Assembly: GCA_022562475.1 (NCBI GenBank)
Contig: JADFPD010000002.1
Location: forward strand, 1 to 54,074
Reading direction: 5' to 3'
Source of the DNA: Chloroflexota bacterium
Lineage (GTDB): Bacteria; Chloroflexota; Dehalococcoidia; Lucifugimonadales; UBA3495
Length of the DNA stretch: 54,074 nucleotides
Shown piece after piece: positions 18,153 to 26,614 of this stretch (position 1 is the stretch's first letter; each line of letters starts with the position of its first letter). The position numbers and the translations under genes were made by a program. The notes under the pieces are model-generated. The model was not told where the DNA came from. It saw only the letters and a program-made list of their open reading frames with translations, and did not search any database.

Positions 18153-18521
18153 GTGGTGCCGGCCTGGGCCGGACAAAGGTCAAACGTAGATGAGGACATA
18201 GTAATTCCGCCGGGCGTCCTATCTGCTGGCCAAGCGTACGCACAGCGGCGGCCGGTCTGGATCGAGGACTACTTTGTCGGTGAGTCCGTGGCCCCAACCG
18301 CCGAAGAGAGAGAGTGGGTGTTTCAAAATTCTCGATCGCTTGGTTTAAGCTCTGGCATGTCGGTGCCAGTTATTGTTCGTGATGAGATATATGGGGTTCT
18401 GGCTATAAATTTCTTCAAGCCTCATCAATACACGGAGACGGAAGTCCAGCTTCTTCAGAACCTGGCTGATAGCGCCGCCGTGGCTATCGGCAATGCCCGG
18501 TTCATCGAGGAGACCGAGTAG
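18153..18521 (+). CDS. sensor histidine kinase, segment 2: remainder of GAF module 4; ends at a second in-frame TAG
   Basis: Continues the GAF4 sequence (..[47 protein letters not shown]). The GTG 'start' is only the first possible initiator after the TAG. Confidence 0.55.
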   Translation: MVPAWAGQRSNVDEDIVIPPGVLSAGQAYAQRRPVWIEDYFVGESVAPTAEEREWVFQNSRSLGLSSGMSVPVIVRDEIYGVLAINFFKPHQYTETEVQLLQNLADSAAVAIGNARFIEETE

Positions 18522-18530
18522 GCACGGGAC

Positions 18531-19277
18531 GTGGCGGAAGAAGCCAACCGGACCAAGAGCCAGTTCTTAGCCAACATGAGCCACGAACTGCGCACTCCTT
18601 TGAACGCCATCATCGGCTATAGCGAGATGCTTCAGGAAGAGGCGGCAGATTTAGAGAACGAGGAATTCGAGGAAGACCTGGAGCGTATCAACAATGCAGG
18701 CAAACACCTGCTGGGCCTGATCAACGATGTCTTGGACATCTCCAAAATCGAAGCCGGGGCCATGGACATCTACCTTGAGACATTCCCGGTGGAGCCAATG
18801 ATTCAAGATGTAGCTACCACGATGCAGACCTTGGTGGAGAAGAACTTCAACACGCTGGAGATAGATTGCCCCGATTCAGTTGGCTCCATCCACGCCGATA
18901 CCACCAAGATCAGGCAATGCCTGTTTAACCTGCTCAGCAACGCCAGCAAGTTCACTGATCACGGGACTATTTCACTGATTGTTAGCCGATACACCGAAGA
19001 CGGCCAAGAGTGGATCAACTTCGCCGTAGGTGACACGGGCATTGGCATGACCGAAGAACAGATGGGACGGCTCTTTGAAGCCTTTGCTCAGGCAGAAGCC
19101 TCGACCAGAAGAAATTACGGCGGCACGGGTCTGGGCTTGGCCATCACCCGCCACTTCTGCGAGATGATGGGCGGCACCGTCCTGGTAGAGAGTGAAGCTG
19201 GTAAAGGGTCTACGTTCACCATGAAGATACCTGCGGTTGTGGACGAGTCTATTGGCAACGGAGACTCAGATAGGTAG
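18531..19277 (+). CDS. sensor histidine kinase, segment 3: HisKA + HATPase_c catalytic core
   Basis: H-box [15 protein letters not shown]-box [10 protein letters not shown]1 DTGIGM, G2 GGTGLGLAI. The coiled-coil linker starts upstream of the TAG at 18519-18521. Confidence 0.8.
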   Translation: MAEEANRTKSQFLANMSHELRTPLNAIIGYSEMLQEEAADLENEEFEEDLERINNAGKHLLGLINDVLDISKIEAGAMDIYLETFPVEPMIQDVATTMQTLVEKNFNTLEIDCPDSVGSIHADTTKIRQCLFNLLSNASKFTDHGTISLIVSRYTEDGQEWINFAVGDTGIGMTEEQMGRLFEAFAQAEASTRRNYGGTGLGLAITRHFCEMMGGTVLVESEAGKGSTFTMKIPAVVDESIGNGDSDR

Positions 19278-19281
19278 GGAT

Positions 19282-20085
19282 ATGCCCGTTTCGGTCATAC
19301 AGCGGTTGCCGTTGATCGTTACGATGGCAGCCCTATTGCTAGTGGTTTCGGTCGCATGTGGAGGAGAGTCGAAGGCGACCCCATCTCCCACGGCCACGTT
19401 GGCACCCAGTCCGACCTCCTCCCCGACTGTCACACCTGAGCCAGTGGCAGTGGGGGAGGGAAACGGACTCACACCCGAGCAGGAGGCATGTCTTGTTGAG
19501 GCCATTGGAGAGCGGGCAGTACGTGAAGCGAAAACCGGGCAGCGCCCGCCAACCTCCGACGAGGTTGATGCCTTAATTGGTTGTGGAATCATGGAGCCCA
19601 AGCCGGATTTCGCTTTGTTGCCCGAGGTCTCAGCCCCCGCGGGACTTGGCACTGTCGCCTGGCCCAACAATTTCCAAGAGAGCTCGGCTTTGTTCGAGAG
19701 ATTACCTTCAGAGTTCGCTGGACACAGGATCAAAGCACGGTTCGAGCAAAGTGCGCTCGGCGTTTTCTCAACCACATACGAAGAGGATCCCAAAACGCCT
19801 AACACTGTGATGGGGATGACCGTCCACGACCTCACCAAAGGGGCCTTCTTCCCGCCCGATGCCAACGCCGGTCAATTCGTCGCCCTCTATGCCGGGGGTG
19901 CAGACTGGGAGGTGTTGGCTGCGGGACGGGAGGGTGACCTCGCTTGGGTGCAGTGGAAGACCGGTGGCATATATACGATGCACTGGGGCAACGCTCCTAG
20001 CTCCATCGTATTCCAAGCAATGGCTAACGATCTTAGTGTGCTCATGGCACTCGTTGAAGCTATGGTCTCGGCGGCCAGGGAATAG
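19282..20085 (+). CDS. lipoprotein, unknown function
   Basis: The ATG at 19282 gives MPVSVIQRLPLIVTMAALLLVVSVAC|GG (lipobox), followed by a Pro/Thr/Ser linker. Confidence 0.65.
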   Translation: MPVSVIQRLPLIVTMAALLLVVSVACGGESKATPSPTATLAPSPTSSPTVTPEPVAVGEGNGLTPEQEACLVEAIGERAVREAKTGQRPPTSDEVDALIGCGIMEPKPDFALLPEVSAPAGLGTVAWPNNFQESSALFERLPSEFAGHRIKARFEQSALGVFSTTYEEDPKTPNTVMGMTVHDLTKGAFFPPDANAGQFVALYAGGADWEVLAAGREGDLAWVQWKTGGIYTMHWGNAPSSIVFQAMANDLSVLMALVEAMVSAARE

Positions 20086-20142
20086 GTACTCCGGCTGTCT
20101 GAAGTGAGTTTGACTTCAGAACGATTTAGCAACAAATCTCCC

Positions 20143-20190
20143 GTCCGGTCCCACCCTATTTCACCAGGGCGTAGCTGTATGCCAACGGGC
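20143..20190. repeat. dispersed repeat, copy A (gtccggtcccacc ..36 nt.. atgccaacgggc)
   Basis: Both boxes recur at 20519..20588 with 58-nt spacing. The two copies flank the small Zn-ribbon ORF. Confidence 0.6.
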
Positions 20191-20208
20191 CTACTTGGCA
20201 CTCACCTG

Positions 20209-20427
20209 TCAACGAACAGGCGGTTGAATGAGTCGAAGGGTGCCACAGGTTCCGCATATGAATGCCAAGCAGGGGATATCCAGGGGAGTCCATGGTATAT
20301 CGTCCTGGGTCTCGTCATCCGTGCTGCTTCCACTCTGCCGATCCGATCCCTTCAGAATTACTGGGTGGCCTTTCGCAAAGTTGGTATTTCCGCAGTTGAT
20401 GCAAGGAGACTCTGGTGTCGCTGTCAT
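20209..20427 (-). CDS. small putative zinc-ribbon protein
   Basis: 72 aa with two CxxC pairs (CINCG ... CGTCG). No family recognised, and coding status is uncertain. Confidence 0.4.
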   Translation of the reverse strand: MTATPESPCINCGNTNFAKGHPVILKGSDRQSGSSTDDETQDDIPWTPLDIPCLAFICGTCGTLRLIQPPVR

Positions 20428-20518
20428 AAATCCTCCTGACTAAGGTCGGAACTTTCGTTTAGAAACGTTATACCAAAAAAGAAAATCCGGTCAACCTTGC
20501 TTTCCCTCAAAAACCTTT

Positions 20519-20588
20519 GTCCGGTCCCACCTCACCGTCACTAACTCCTCCACGTCCAGCATGAGGTGGTAGCCGCATGCCAACGGGC
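20519..20588. repeat. dispersed repeat, copy B
   Basis: gtccggtcccacc at 20519-20531 and atgccaacgggc at 20577-20588. An internal 8-bp inverted repeat (ccacctca/tgaggtgg) is present. Confidence 0.6.
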
Positions 20589-20937
20589 TTCCTTTGGCTC
20601 TCAAACCCTCGATTCAGGCGTGGATAATTCTTCAAGCCCTCTACAGCGTCGGAAACCACGGGTGCTAGCGGTTCGGCCAGGGAACGTGACTGAATTTACC
20701 TAAAAATATTTCCGGCGTTCACATCAGTCCGCCTGGTGTCCGCTAAGCCCTACCGGGGGGTGACACGAGCCCTAAGCAACGTCAAATTGAAGGGTCTTGG
20801 CATGCAGCCGGGGCCTTTACTTTGGCGCCTATGAATGCGGCGTTCCCAATCAGATGTCGGCAAATTGTCGGCAATCTAAACGGAATATCCTGAACAGCAG
20901 TGGGAATTAGGCGTGGAATCTGGGGAGAAGAGGTAGG

Positions 20938-21013
20938 TGGTGCCGAGGGACAGACTCGAACTGTCGACACCGGCATTTTCAGTGCCGTGCTCTACCACCT
21001 GAGCTACCTCGGC
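20938..21013 (-). tRNA. tRNA-Phe (anticodon GAA), CCA encoded
   Basis: The reverse complement GCCGAGGTAGCTCAGGTGGTAGAGCACGGCACTGAAAATGCCGGTGTCGACAGTTCGAGTCTGTCCCTCGGCACCA has anticodon loop CTGAAAA and T-loop TTCGAGT. Confidence 0.95.
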
Positions 21014-21180
21014 AGTAGTGTCTATTATCAAATCTGTTCCCATCGACTGTCAAGAAGATAATCCGCCTCGGCACACTGCTCGTCTATGCGCGCCGGTCAG
21101 GCGCAAGTCCAAGACTATAATAGGCGCCGGTACCGGGCTGGTACGCCTGGTGTCAGCATAGAGCACATCGCCGGGCTCAA

Positions 21181-21210
21181 TTGATAATCGACCGGCCGTA
21201 AGCGTATAAT
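21181..21210 (+). promoter_or_regulatory. sigma70-like promoter candidate for pdxS (TTGATA-18 nt-TATAAT)
   Basis: ttgata at 21181-21186 and tataat at 21205-21210, about 95 nt upstream of the pdxS ATG. Confidence 0.4.
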
Positions 21211-21303
21211 ACAGTCGCAACCGAGGCTAATTTCACAAGGAAATTGTCTCTTGCCGACTAAGGAACACCAAGGGTATACGCAGAAACCGGGAGGGCGGCG
21301 AAG

Positions 21304-22194
21304 ATGGTCGAGGTACTAACAGGGACGTTTGCGGTTAAGGCCGGTCACGCTCAGATGCTAAAGGGCGGAGTCATCATGGACGTGGTGAACGCCGAGCAGG
21401 CATTGATCGCCGCAGAGGCCGGAGCGGTGGCAGTAATGGCCCTTGAACGCGTGCCTGCGGACATTCGCGCCGACGGCGGCGTGGCCCGCATGACCGACCC
21501 GCAGATCATCTGCGACATCATGGACGCTGTGAGCATCCCAGTCATGGCCAAGGTCCGTATCGGCCACTTCGTCGAGGCCCAGATATTGGAGTACCTTGGC
21601 GTCGACTACATCGACGAGTCCGAGGTCCTGACCCCCGCCGACGAACTGCACCACATCTGGAAACAAGACTACAAAGTGCCCTTCGTCTGCGGCTGCCGCA
21701 ACCTGGGCGAGGCCCTGCGCCGCGTCTCTGAAGGGGCCTCCATGATTCGCACCAAAGGCGAGGCCGGCACCGGCGACGTGGTCGAAGCCGTCCGCCACAT
21801 GCGCGCCGTCCAAGACGCCATCCGGAAGCTCCAGACCATGCCCGAAGACGAACTGGTCGTCGAGGCCAGGGACATGCAGGTAAGCCTGGAATTGTTGATC
21901 AAGACCAAGGAATTGGGCCGCATGCCCGTGGTAAACTTCGCCGCCGGCGGCGTGGCCACCCCGGCCGATGCGGCGCTGATGATGCAACTGGGCGCCGACG
22001 GCGTTTTCGTCGGTTCCGGCGTATTTAAGTCGGACAACCCGGTCCAGCGGGGCTATGCCATCGTACAAGCTGTGACCCACTACAACGACCCCGAGATCCT
22101 GGCAAATGTCTCCAAGGGCCTGGGCGAGGCCATGGTCGGCATCAGCGCCAAGTCACTCCCCGAGGAGGAACTGCTCGCTGCCCGGAGCAGGTAA
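21304..22194 (+). CDS. pdxS: pyridoxal 5'-phosphate synthase, lyase subunit PdxS
   Basis: 296 aa. [35 protein letters not shown]. Unmistakable PdxS/SNZ signature. Confidence 0.95.
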   Translation: MVEVLTGTFAVKAGHAQMLKGGVIMDVVNAEQALIAAEAGAVAVMALERVPADIRADGGVARMTDPQIICDIMDAVSIPVMAKVRIGHFVEAQILEYLGVDYIDESEVLTPADELHHIWKQDYKVPFVCGCRNLGEALRRVSEGASMIRTKGEAGTGDVVEAVRHMRAVQDAIRKLQTMPEDELVVEARDMQVSLELLIKTKELGRMPVVNFAAGGVATPADAALMMQLGADGVFVGSGVFKSDNPVQRGYAIVQAVTHYNDPEILANVSKGLGEAMVGISAKSLPEEELLAARSR

Positions 22195-22260
22195 GGACCT
22201 GGCACCGTTGGGGGGACCGGACCGGACGAAAAATCCAAACGCAATTATCAGCAGGCCGAG

Positions 22261-22884
22261 TTGGAAGTAGGCGTCTTAGCGATACAAGGCGACTTCGCCG
22301 AACATATAGCCGTCCTAGGCAAGCTTGGTGTTAAAGCCCGGGAGGTTAGACTGCCGGAACACCTGGATTCGCTGGACGGACTGATCATCCCAGGGGGCGA
22401 AAGCACAACACTCAGCCGGTTGATGACCATCTACAACCTGAGAGAGCCGGTGGCGCAGATGGCCGCCCAGGGCCGCGCCGTCTGGGGCACCTGCGCCGGC
22501 ATGATCATGCTCGCCCAGGAGATCACCGAAAACGACCCCATTCCGCTGGGCGTGATGGACATCGGCGTGCAGCGCAATGCCTTCGGCCGTCAGGTGGACA
22601 GCTTCGAACAGACTCTGGACGTGAGCGCGCTGGGGCCGGACCCGTTCCACGCAATCTTCATCCGCGCCCCGGTGATAATCCGCGTCGGAGAGGAAGTGGA
22701 TGTGCTGTCCACTCTGGACGCCGACCGGCCGGTGGCGGTGCAGCAGGGCAACCTGATGGCCACCTCCTTCCACCCAGAGTTGACCGACGACCACCGTTTC
22801 CACAGCTATTTCCTGGAACTGGCCGGCGGCAACGGCAGACCGCCAAGACCAAAACGGAACGCGGGCGGGAACAGCGCCTCATGA
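22261..22884 (+). CDS. pdxT: pyridoxal 5'-phosphate synthase, glutaminase subunit PdxT
   Basis: VGVLAIQGDF..H, LIIPGGESTT, the GTCAG catalytic Cys, and FHPE. TTG start. Confidence 0.9.
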   Translation: MEVGVLAIQGDFAEHIAVLGKLGVKAREVRLPEHLDSLDGLIIPGGESTTLSRLMTIYNLREPVAQMAAQGRAVWGTCAGMIMLAQEITENDPIPLGVMDIGVQRNAFGRQVDSFEQTLDVSALGPDPFHAIFIRAPVIIRVGEEVDVLSTLDADRPVAVQQGNLMATSFHPELTDDHRFHSYFLELAGGNGRPPRPKRNAGGNSAS

Positions 22885-23795
22885 TCACGCCCTTCCGCAT
22901 AAGCGATGCCCTGCGGTGCATGCTGGTTGATGCACCGGGAGGCGGCAACCTGGCGGCGCCAACGGAGTCGGTGGTGCGTTGCCGCCCGTTGCGCAACTCC
23001 ACCTTCTGGCGGCAGTCACTGGCCCGGAGCTCAAACCGGGTGACGGTGGGCGACTGGAACGGCATGCGCCTGGCCAGTCTCGCCTCGGCCCGGGTTCGCA
23101 GCGGGGTCAAAGCATGGGAAGTAGACCGGCTACACCTAAAAGAACTAGGCTCCGGCCAGGCACTGGACCTTCTGGAACAGATTGTTTTCGGCGCCGGTTC
23201 TCGCGGGGCGGAGAGGGTGTTCCTGCGTGTGCCCTCCGATAGTCAGATCGTGGACGTCGCAAGGAGGGCCGGGTTCTTTCCCTATTACGAAGAGATACAC
23301 CTGACGGGCCGCGAATGGCTACCCGGCACGAATGACGTTCTCGAAGAGAATACATGCCGGTTCATGGCGGAAGAGCGGTCGGCGCCGGACGAACACGGGT
23401 TGTTCCAACTCTATTGCGCCGCGACGCCGCAACGGGTCCGGGAAGGTATCGGCATGACCATCGATCAATGGCGGGATTCCCAGGAGCCGGCCCGGCCGCA
23501 CAGGAACGAAACGGTCTTGAAACTAGATGGGAAGATCGTTGGCTGGCGGATGCGGGAGCCCTTCGGGAAGACTACCGCCGGACAGGTCTTGGGTCATCCG
23601 AGCCACCCGGAAGCCTCTCCTTATCTGGTCCGAATTTCCTGCCAAACACAGAATTGGCTGGTGCCCAGCTATCAGCCGAACATCGCTGAATTGTTGGACC
23701 GGCAGGGCCTGAACGAGGCCGCGCGTTATACTATGTTGATCAAAACAGTCGTAGTGCCGGTTAGAAATCGCGAATTTTCCTACGTGGAGGCGTGA
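22881..23795 (+). CDS. hypothetical protein with a GNAT-like acetyltransferase core
   Basis: 304 aa. ..GAERVFLRVPSDSQIVDVARRAGFFPY.. resembles the GNAT motif A/B region. ATGA overlap with the pdxT stop. Confidence 0.55.
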   Translation: MITPFRISDALRCMLVDAPGGGNLAAPTESVVRCRPLRNSTFWRQSLARSSNRVTVGDWNGMRLASLASARVRSGVKAWEVDRLHLKELGSGQALDLLEQIVFGAGSRGAERVFLRVPSDSQIVDVARRAGFFPYYEEIHLTGREWLPGTNDVLEENTCRFMAEERSAPDEHGLFQLYCAATPQRVREGIGMTIDQWRDSQEPARPHRNETVLKLDGKIVGWRMREPFGKTTAGQVLGHPSHPEASPYLVRISCQTQNWLVPSYQPNIAELLDRQGLNEAARYTMLIKTVVVPVRNREFSYVEA

Positions 23796-25537
23796 TATTG
23801 GCAACGGTGCAGGAAGAGATTCAGGAAGCGGGACGCAAGCGCGAACGGGAAGAATTGGACCTCGTTCTGAAAGTGCTGCCCACTGGCGTCGCTGAGGCTC
23901 TGCGGGCCCGCGACGACCTGCACCAATTGCTGGAGGTCGTGCTGGACCTGGGGCGTTTGCCCGAGGCCCGGTTCGTGTCGGAAGACACCGAACTTGACGA
24001 GTCTCCCGTGACCGCCGCCGATCTGGAGAAAGTGATTGAACTAGTTGGCGAATTCGGAGACGACAACCGCGCCGGCATCGAGCGCACCCTGCACCGGATA
24101 TCAGCCATCCGAAACCGGAGTGGAAAGGTCATCGGCATCACCTGCCGGGTGGGCCGGGCGGTCTTCGGCACGATAAAGATCATTGAAGACCTGGCGTTCT
24201 CCGGAAAGAACATCCTGCTCTTGGGCCGCCCCGGCGTGGGCAAGACCACCATGCTCCGGGAGATGGCCCGGGTCCTTTCCGAAGAGGCCAAGAAGCGGGT
24301 AATCATCGTCGACACATCCAACGAGATCGCCGGCGACGGAGACGTTCCCCACCCCGCCATCGGCCGCTCCAGGCGGATGCAGGTCCCGACTCCGTCTCTA
24401 CAGCACGGCGTGATGATCGAGGCCGTGGAGAACCATATGCCCGAGACCATCATCATCGATGAGATGGGCACCGAGCAGGAAGCCGCCGCCGCCCGGACCA
24501 TCGCCGAACGGGGCGTGCAGCTTATCGCAACGGCCCACGGCAACACCCTAGACAACCTGATCATGAACCCAACCCTTTCCGACTTGGTGGGCGGCATTCA
24601 GACCGTGACCCTCGGAGACCAGGAAGCCCGGTACCGGGGAACGCAGAAAAGCATACTGGAGCGGAAGGCTCCGCCGACCTTTGACGTGGTGGTCGAGATA
24701 CAAGGCTGGGACCGCTTGGCCGTTCACGACAACGTTGCGCAGGTGGTCGACCAATGGCTGCGGGGATTCCCCATCGCGCCCGAAGTGCGGTCGCTGGGAG
24801 AAGACGGTGAGGTGAAACGCAGCCAGGAGCAGGTTAGGGTCAGTGAAGCCAAACCCGGGGCCTGGCAGCCAGACTCACGGCGGCAGGGCCGCCACGGGCG
24901 CCGCCCGGCCCAGGGTCAAACGGACCAGGCTCAAATGATGGACCAGAGCCCGGTGGCCGCGCCGCCTGCGCCCACGGAACCCGAGGCAGCCGTTAAAGCG
25001 TCTGAAGTGCGGGTGTTCCTGTTTGGCGTAGGGCGGGACAAGCTAGAGGCCGCCGCCGCGGAGTCGGGGACCACGGTACAGATCGTAAACGAACTTAGGC
25101 GGGCCGACCTGGTGCTGACGACAAAGACGCATTACCGCAGGGGCTCCCAATTGGTGCGCATCGCGGAGTCCAGCGGCACGCCGGTGTGCGTGCTTCGGAA
25201 GAACACCATGCCCCAGTTGCAGGAATTTCTGACCACCGTGATCAAAGAATGGCACGGCGGCGGCAACGGACACCGTCTGGGGCTAATGCCTGATCTGGGC
25301 AACGATGACGACGGCCCGCCATTCACCGGCGATAACAGCTCGCCCACCATGGAGAAGGCCATGGACGAAGCTGAAGATGCCGCGAACCGGGTCCTGTCCG
25401 GGGAACAGACCGTACATCTAGCCCCCCAACGCTCCTATATCCGGCGGCTGCAGCACCTGTTGGGGCAGCGTTACAACGTGGCCTCCGTCAGCCAAGGCCG
25501 GGAGCCGGAAAGGGCCGTCCTGTTCTATCGGGTCTGA
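23792..25537 (+). CDS. AAA ATPase with a C-terminal R3H domain (SpoIIIAA/Ycf45-like)
   Basis: Walker A GRPGVGKTT, Walker B IIIDE, and a C-terminal R3H-like ..RRLQHLLGQRYNVASVSQGREPERAVLFY. GTGA overlap with the upstream stop. Confidence 0.8.
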   Translation: MILATVQEEIQEAGRKREREELDLVLKVLPTGVAEALRARDDLHQLLEVVLDLGRLPEARFVSEDTELDESPVTAADLEKVIELVGEFGDDNRAGIERTLHRISAIRNRSGKVIGITCRVGRAVFGTIKIIEDLAFSGKNILLLGRPGVGKTTMLREMARVLSEEAKKRVIIVDTSNEIAGDGDVPHPAIGRSRRMQVPTPSLQHGVMIEAVENHMPETIIIDEMGTEQEAAAARTIAERGVQLIATAHGNTLDNLIMNPTLSDLVGGIQTVTLGDQEARYRGTQKSILERKAPPTFDVVVEIQGWDRLAVHDNVAQVVDQWLRGFPIAPEVRSLGEDGEVKRSQEQVRVSEAKPGAWQPDSRRQGRHGRRPAQGQTDQAQMMDQSPVAAPPAPTEPEAAVKASEVRVFLFGVGRDKLEAAAAESGTTVQIVNELRRADLVLTTKTHYRRGSQLVRIAESSGTPVCVLRKNTMPQLQEFLTTVIKEWHGGGNGHRLGLMPDLGNDDDGPPFTGDNSSPTMEKAMDEAEDAANRVLSGEQTVHLAPQRSYIRRLQHLLGQRYNVASVSQGREPERAVLFYRV

Positions 25538-25543
25538 CGCCGC

Positions 25544-26149
25544 ATGGCCTGCTTTATCGCATTTGAAGGCGGCGACGGTTCGGGCAAGAGCACCCAAGCC
25601 CGCTCGTTGTTGCGGCGGCTGCGCCGAAGGGGCGTCAAGGTCATTCGCACCCATGAGCCAGGGGGCACGCCACTGGGCCAGTCCCTGAGGCGTCTTCTGA
25701 AATCGGGCGATTCCATGACCCCCATGAGCGAGTTGATGCTATTTGAGGCTGCCCGCGCCCAGTTGGTCCAACAAGTGATCAGGCCCTTCTTAGACCAGGG
25801 CGGTGTGGTGATCGCCGACCGTTTTACCAGTTCGACCATGGCCTACCAGGGCTATGGACGTGGCCTGGACCGGGAGTTGATCGAGCGGCTGAACCGGGAA
25901 GCCACCGGAGGCCTGGAGCCCGACCTGACTGTGTTCTTGGACCTGCCCGTCGAGACGGCCCTGGCCCGCAAGGGCCGCGGGAATAGGGACAATTTTGACG
26001 ACGCTCCCGTGGACTTTCACCGTCGGATACACCGGGGTTACGCCGCTCTGGCCGCCGCTGACCCTGGAGGGTGGCTGGTTCTGGACGGCCAGCGCCCGCC
26101 GGAAGAGATCAGCCGGGAGATCTGGGCCAAGGTGCAAACGATCATCTAG
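25544..26149 (+). CDS. tmk: thymidylate kinase
   Basis: FIAFEGGDGSGKSTQ P-loop, the DRF motif (ADRFTSSTMAYQG) and the lid region. Confidence 0.9.
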   Translation: MACFIAFEGGDGSGKSTQARSLLRRLRRRGVKVIRTHEPGGTPLGQSLRRLLKSGDSMTPMSELMLFEAARAQLVQQVIRPFLDQGGVVIADRFTSSTMAYQGYGRGLDRELIERLNREATGGLEPDLTVFLDLPVETALARKGRGNRDNFDDAPVDFHRRIHRGYAALAAADPGGWLVLDGQRPPEEISREIWAKVQTII

Positions 26150-26173
26150 GCCCGACGGTTACTAGGCACCAAC

Positions 26174-26208
26174 AAAAAGGGCCCTCCCGGTCAGGGGGGC
26201 CCTTTTTG
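26174..26208. terminator. bidirectional rho-independent terminator between tmk and the selenoprotein gene
   Basis: aaaaagggccctcc-cggtca-ggggggcccttttt: a GC-rich stem flanked by A-run and T-run. Confidence 0.65.
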
Positions 26209-26225
26209 CTACGCCAGAATAAGGT

Positions 26226-26510
26226 CTAGTCGTCGGCCGGTGCAGGCTCGAGAAGCTCCAGCTTGGCGTCGATGAACTGGCGCATCTCCCGGACCCGTTT
26301 CAGGTCGGGGTAGATGTTGCCTTCGCCCTTCTTATCAAAGATCCGCTCACCATTGAAGAACACTTCCATGATGCCCTGTCCGCGGGGCGAGATTGCGATC
26401 GCAACGTCCGCGCCGTAGTGCCGGAAAAATTCATTCGCCATCCACGTGGCGACAGCGTGGTGCTGTCAACTAACGCAGTAGGTAATCTCTAACTGGAACT
26501 TGCCTTCCAT
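26226..26510 (-). CDS. SelW/Rdx-family selenoprotein (CxxU redox motif; in-frame UGA = Sec at 26468..26466)
   Basis: ATG at 26510 with a GAGGAA RBS. It reads MEGKFQLEITYCVS-U-QHHAVATWMANEFF..GIMEVFFNGERIFDKK..GNIYPDLKRV.., which matches the Rdx pattern I.YC..U......A.W.A.E....G.FEV..nGe.i.sk...g.fP. The ORF track splits it at the TGA (26226..26441 plus the tail of 26466..26738). Confidence 0.8.
26435..26452 (-). promoter_or_regulatory. candidate bacterial SECIS hairpin (UCGCCA-CGUGGA-UGGCGA)
   Basis: 6-bp stem with a 6-nt apical loop containing GU. It starts 14 nt after the UGA. Confidence 0.55.
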
Positions 26511-26614
26511 CTGGTTCCTCCGAGTAGTCCTGAATTTGGCTAACCTTAGTTTAGCGAATAACCTGGGAGTGTCAACCCAAATCCGGCGCCTAGCCCATGG
26601 AATCAGTAGCCGCT

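Larger units (their letters stand above)
15177..20955. mobile_element. decayed integrative genomic island (~5.8 kb) at tRNA-Phe(GAA)
   Basis: An 18-nt direct repeat of the tRNA-Phe 3' end lies at both ends. An integrase remnant sits 140 nt inside the distal repeat. Removing the island would place tRNA-Phe about 41 nt upstream of tRNA-Gly. Confidence 0.75.

Noticed and set aside
18138-18521. Genome-wide TAG reassignment or pyrrolysine as an explanation for the two in-frame TAGs in the GAF kinase.
   Set aside because: - TAG terminates many well-supported genes in this same window: MidA at 817, DUF2203 at 3431, the CBS gene at 4457, the SDR at 10719, tmk at 26147 and the kinase itself at 19275.
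- No pyl genes or methylamine methyltransferases are present here.
20782-20976. 64-aa ORF on the minus strand.
   Set aside because: It overlaps the 3' half of tRNA-Phe and the att core. It has no RBS and is an implausible protein.
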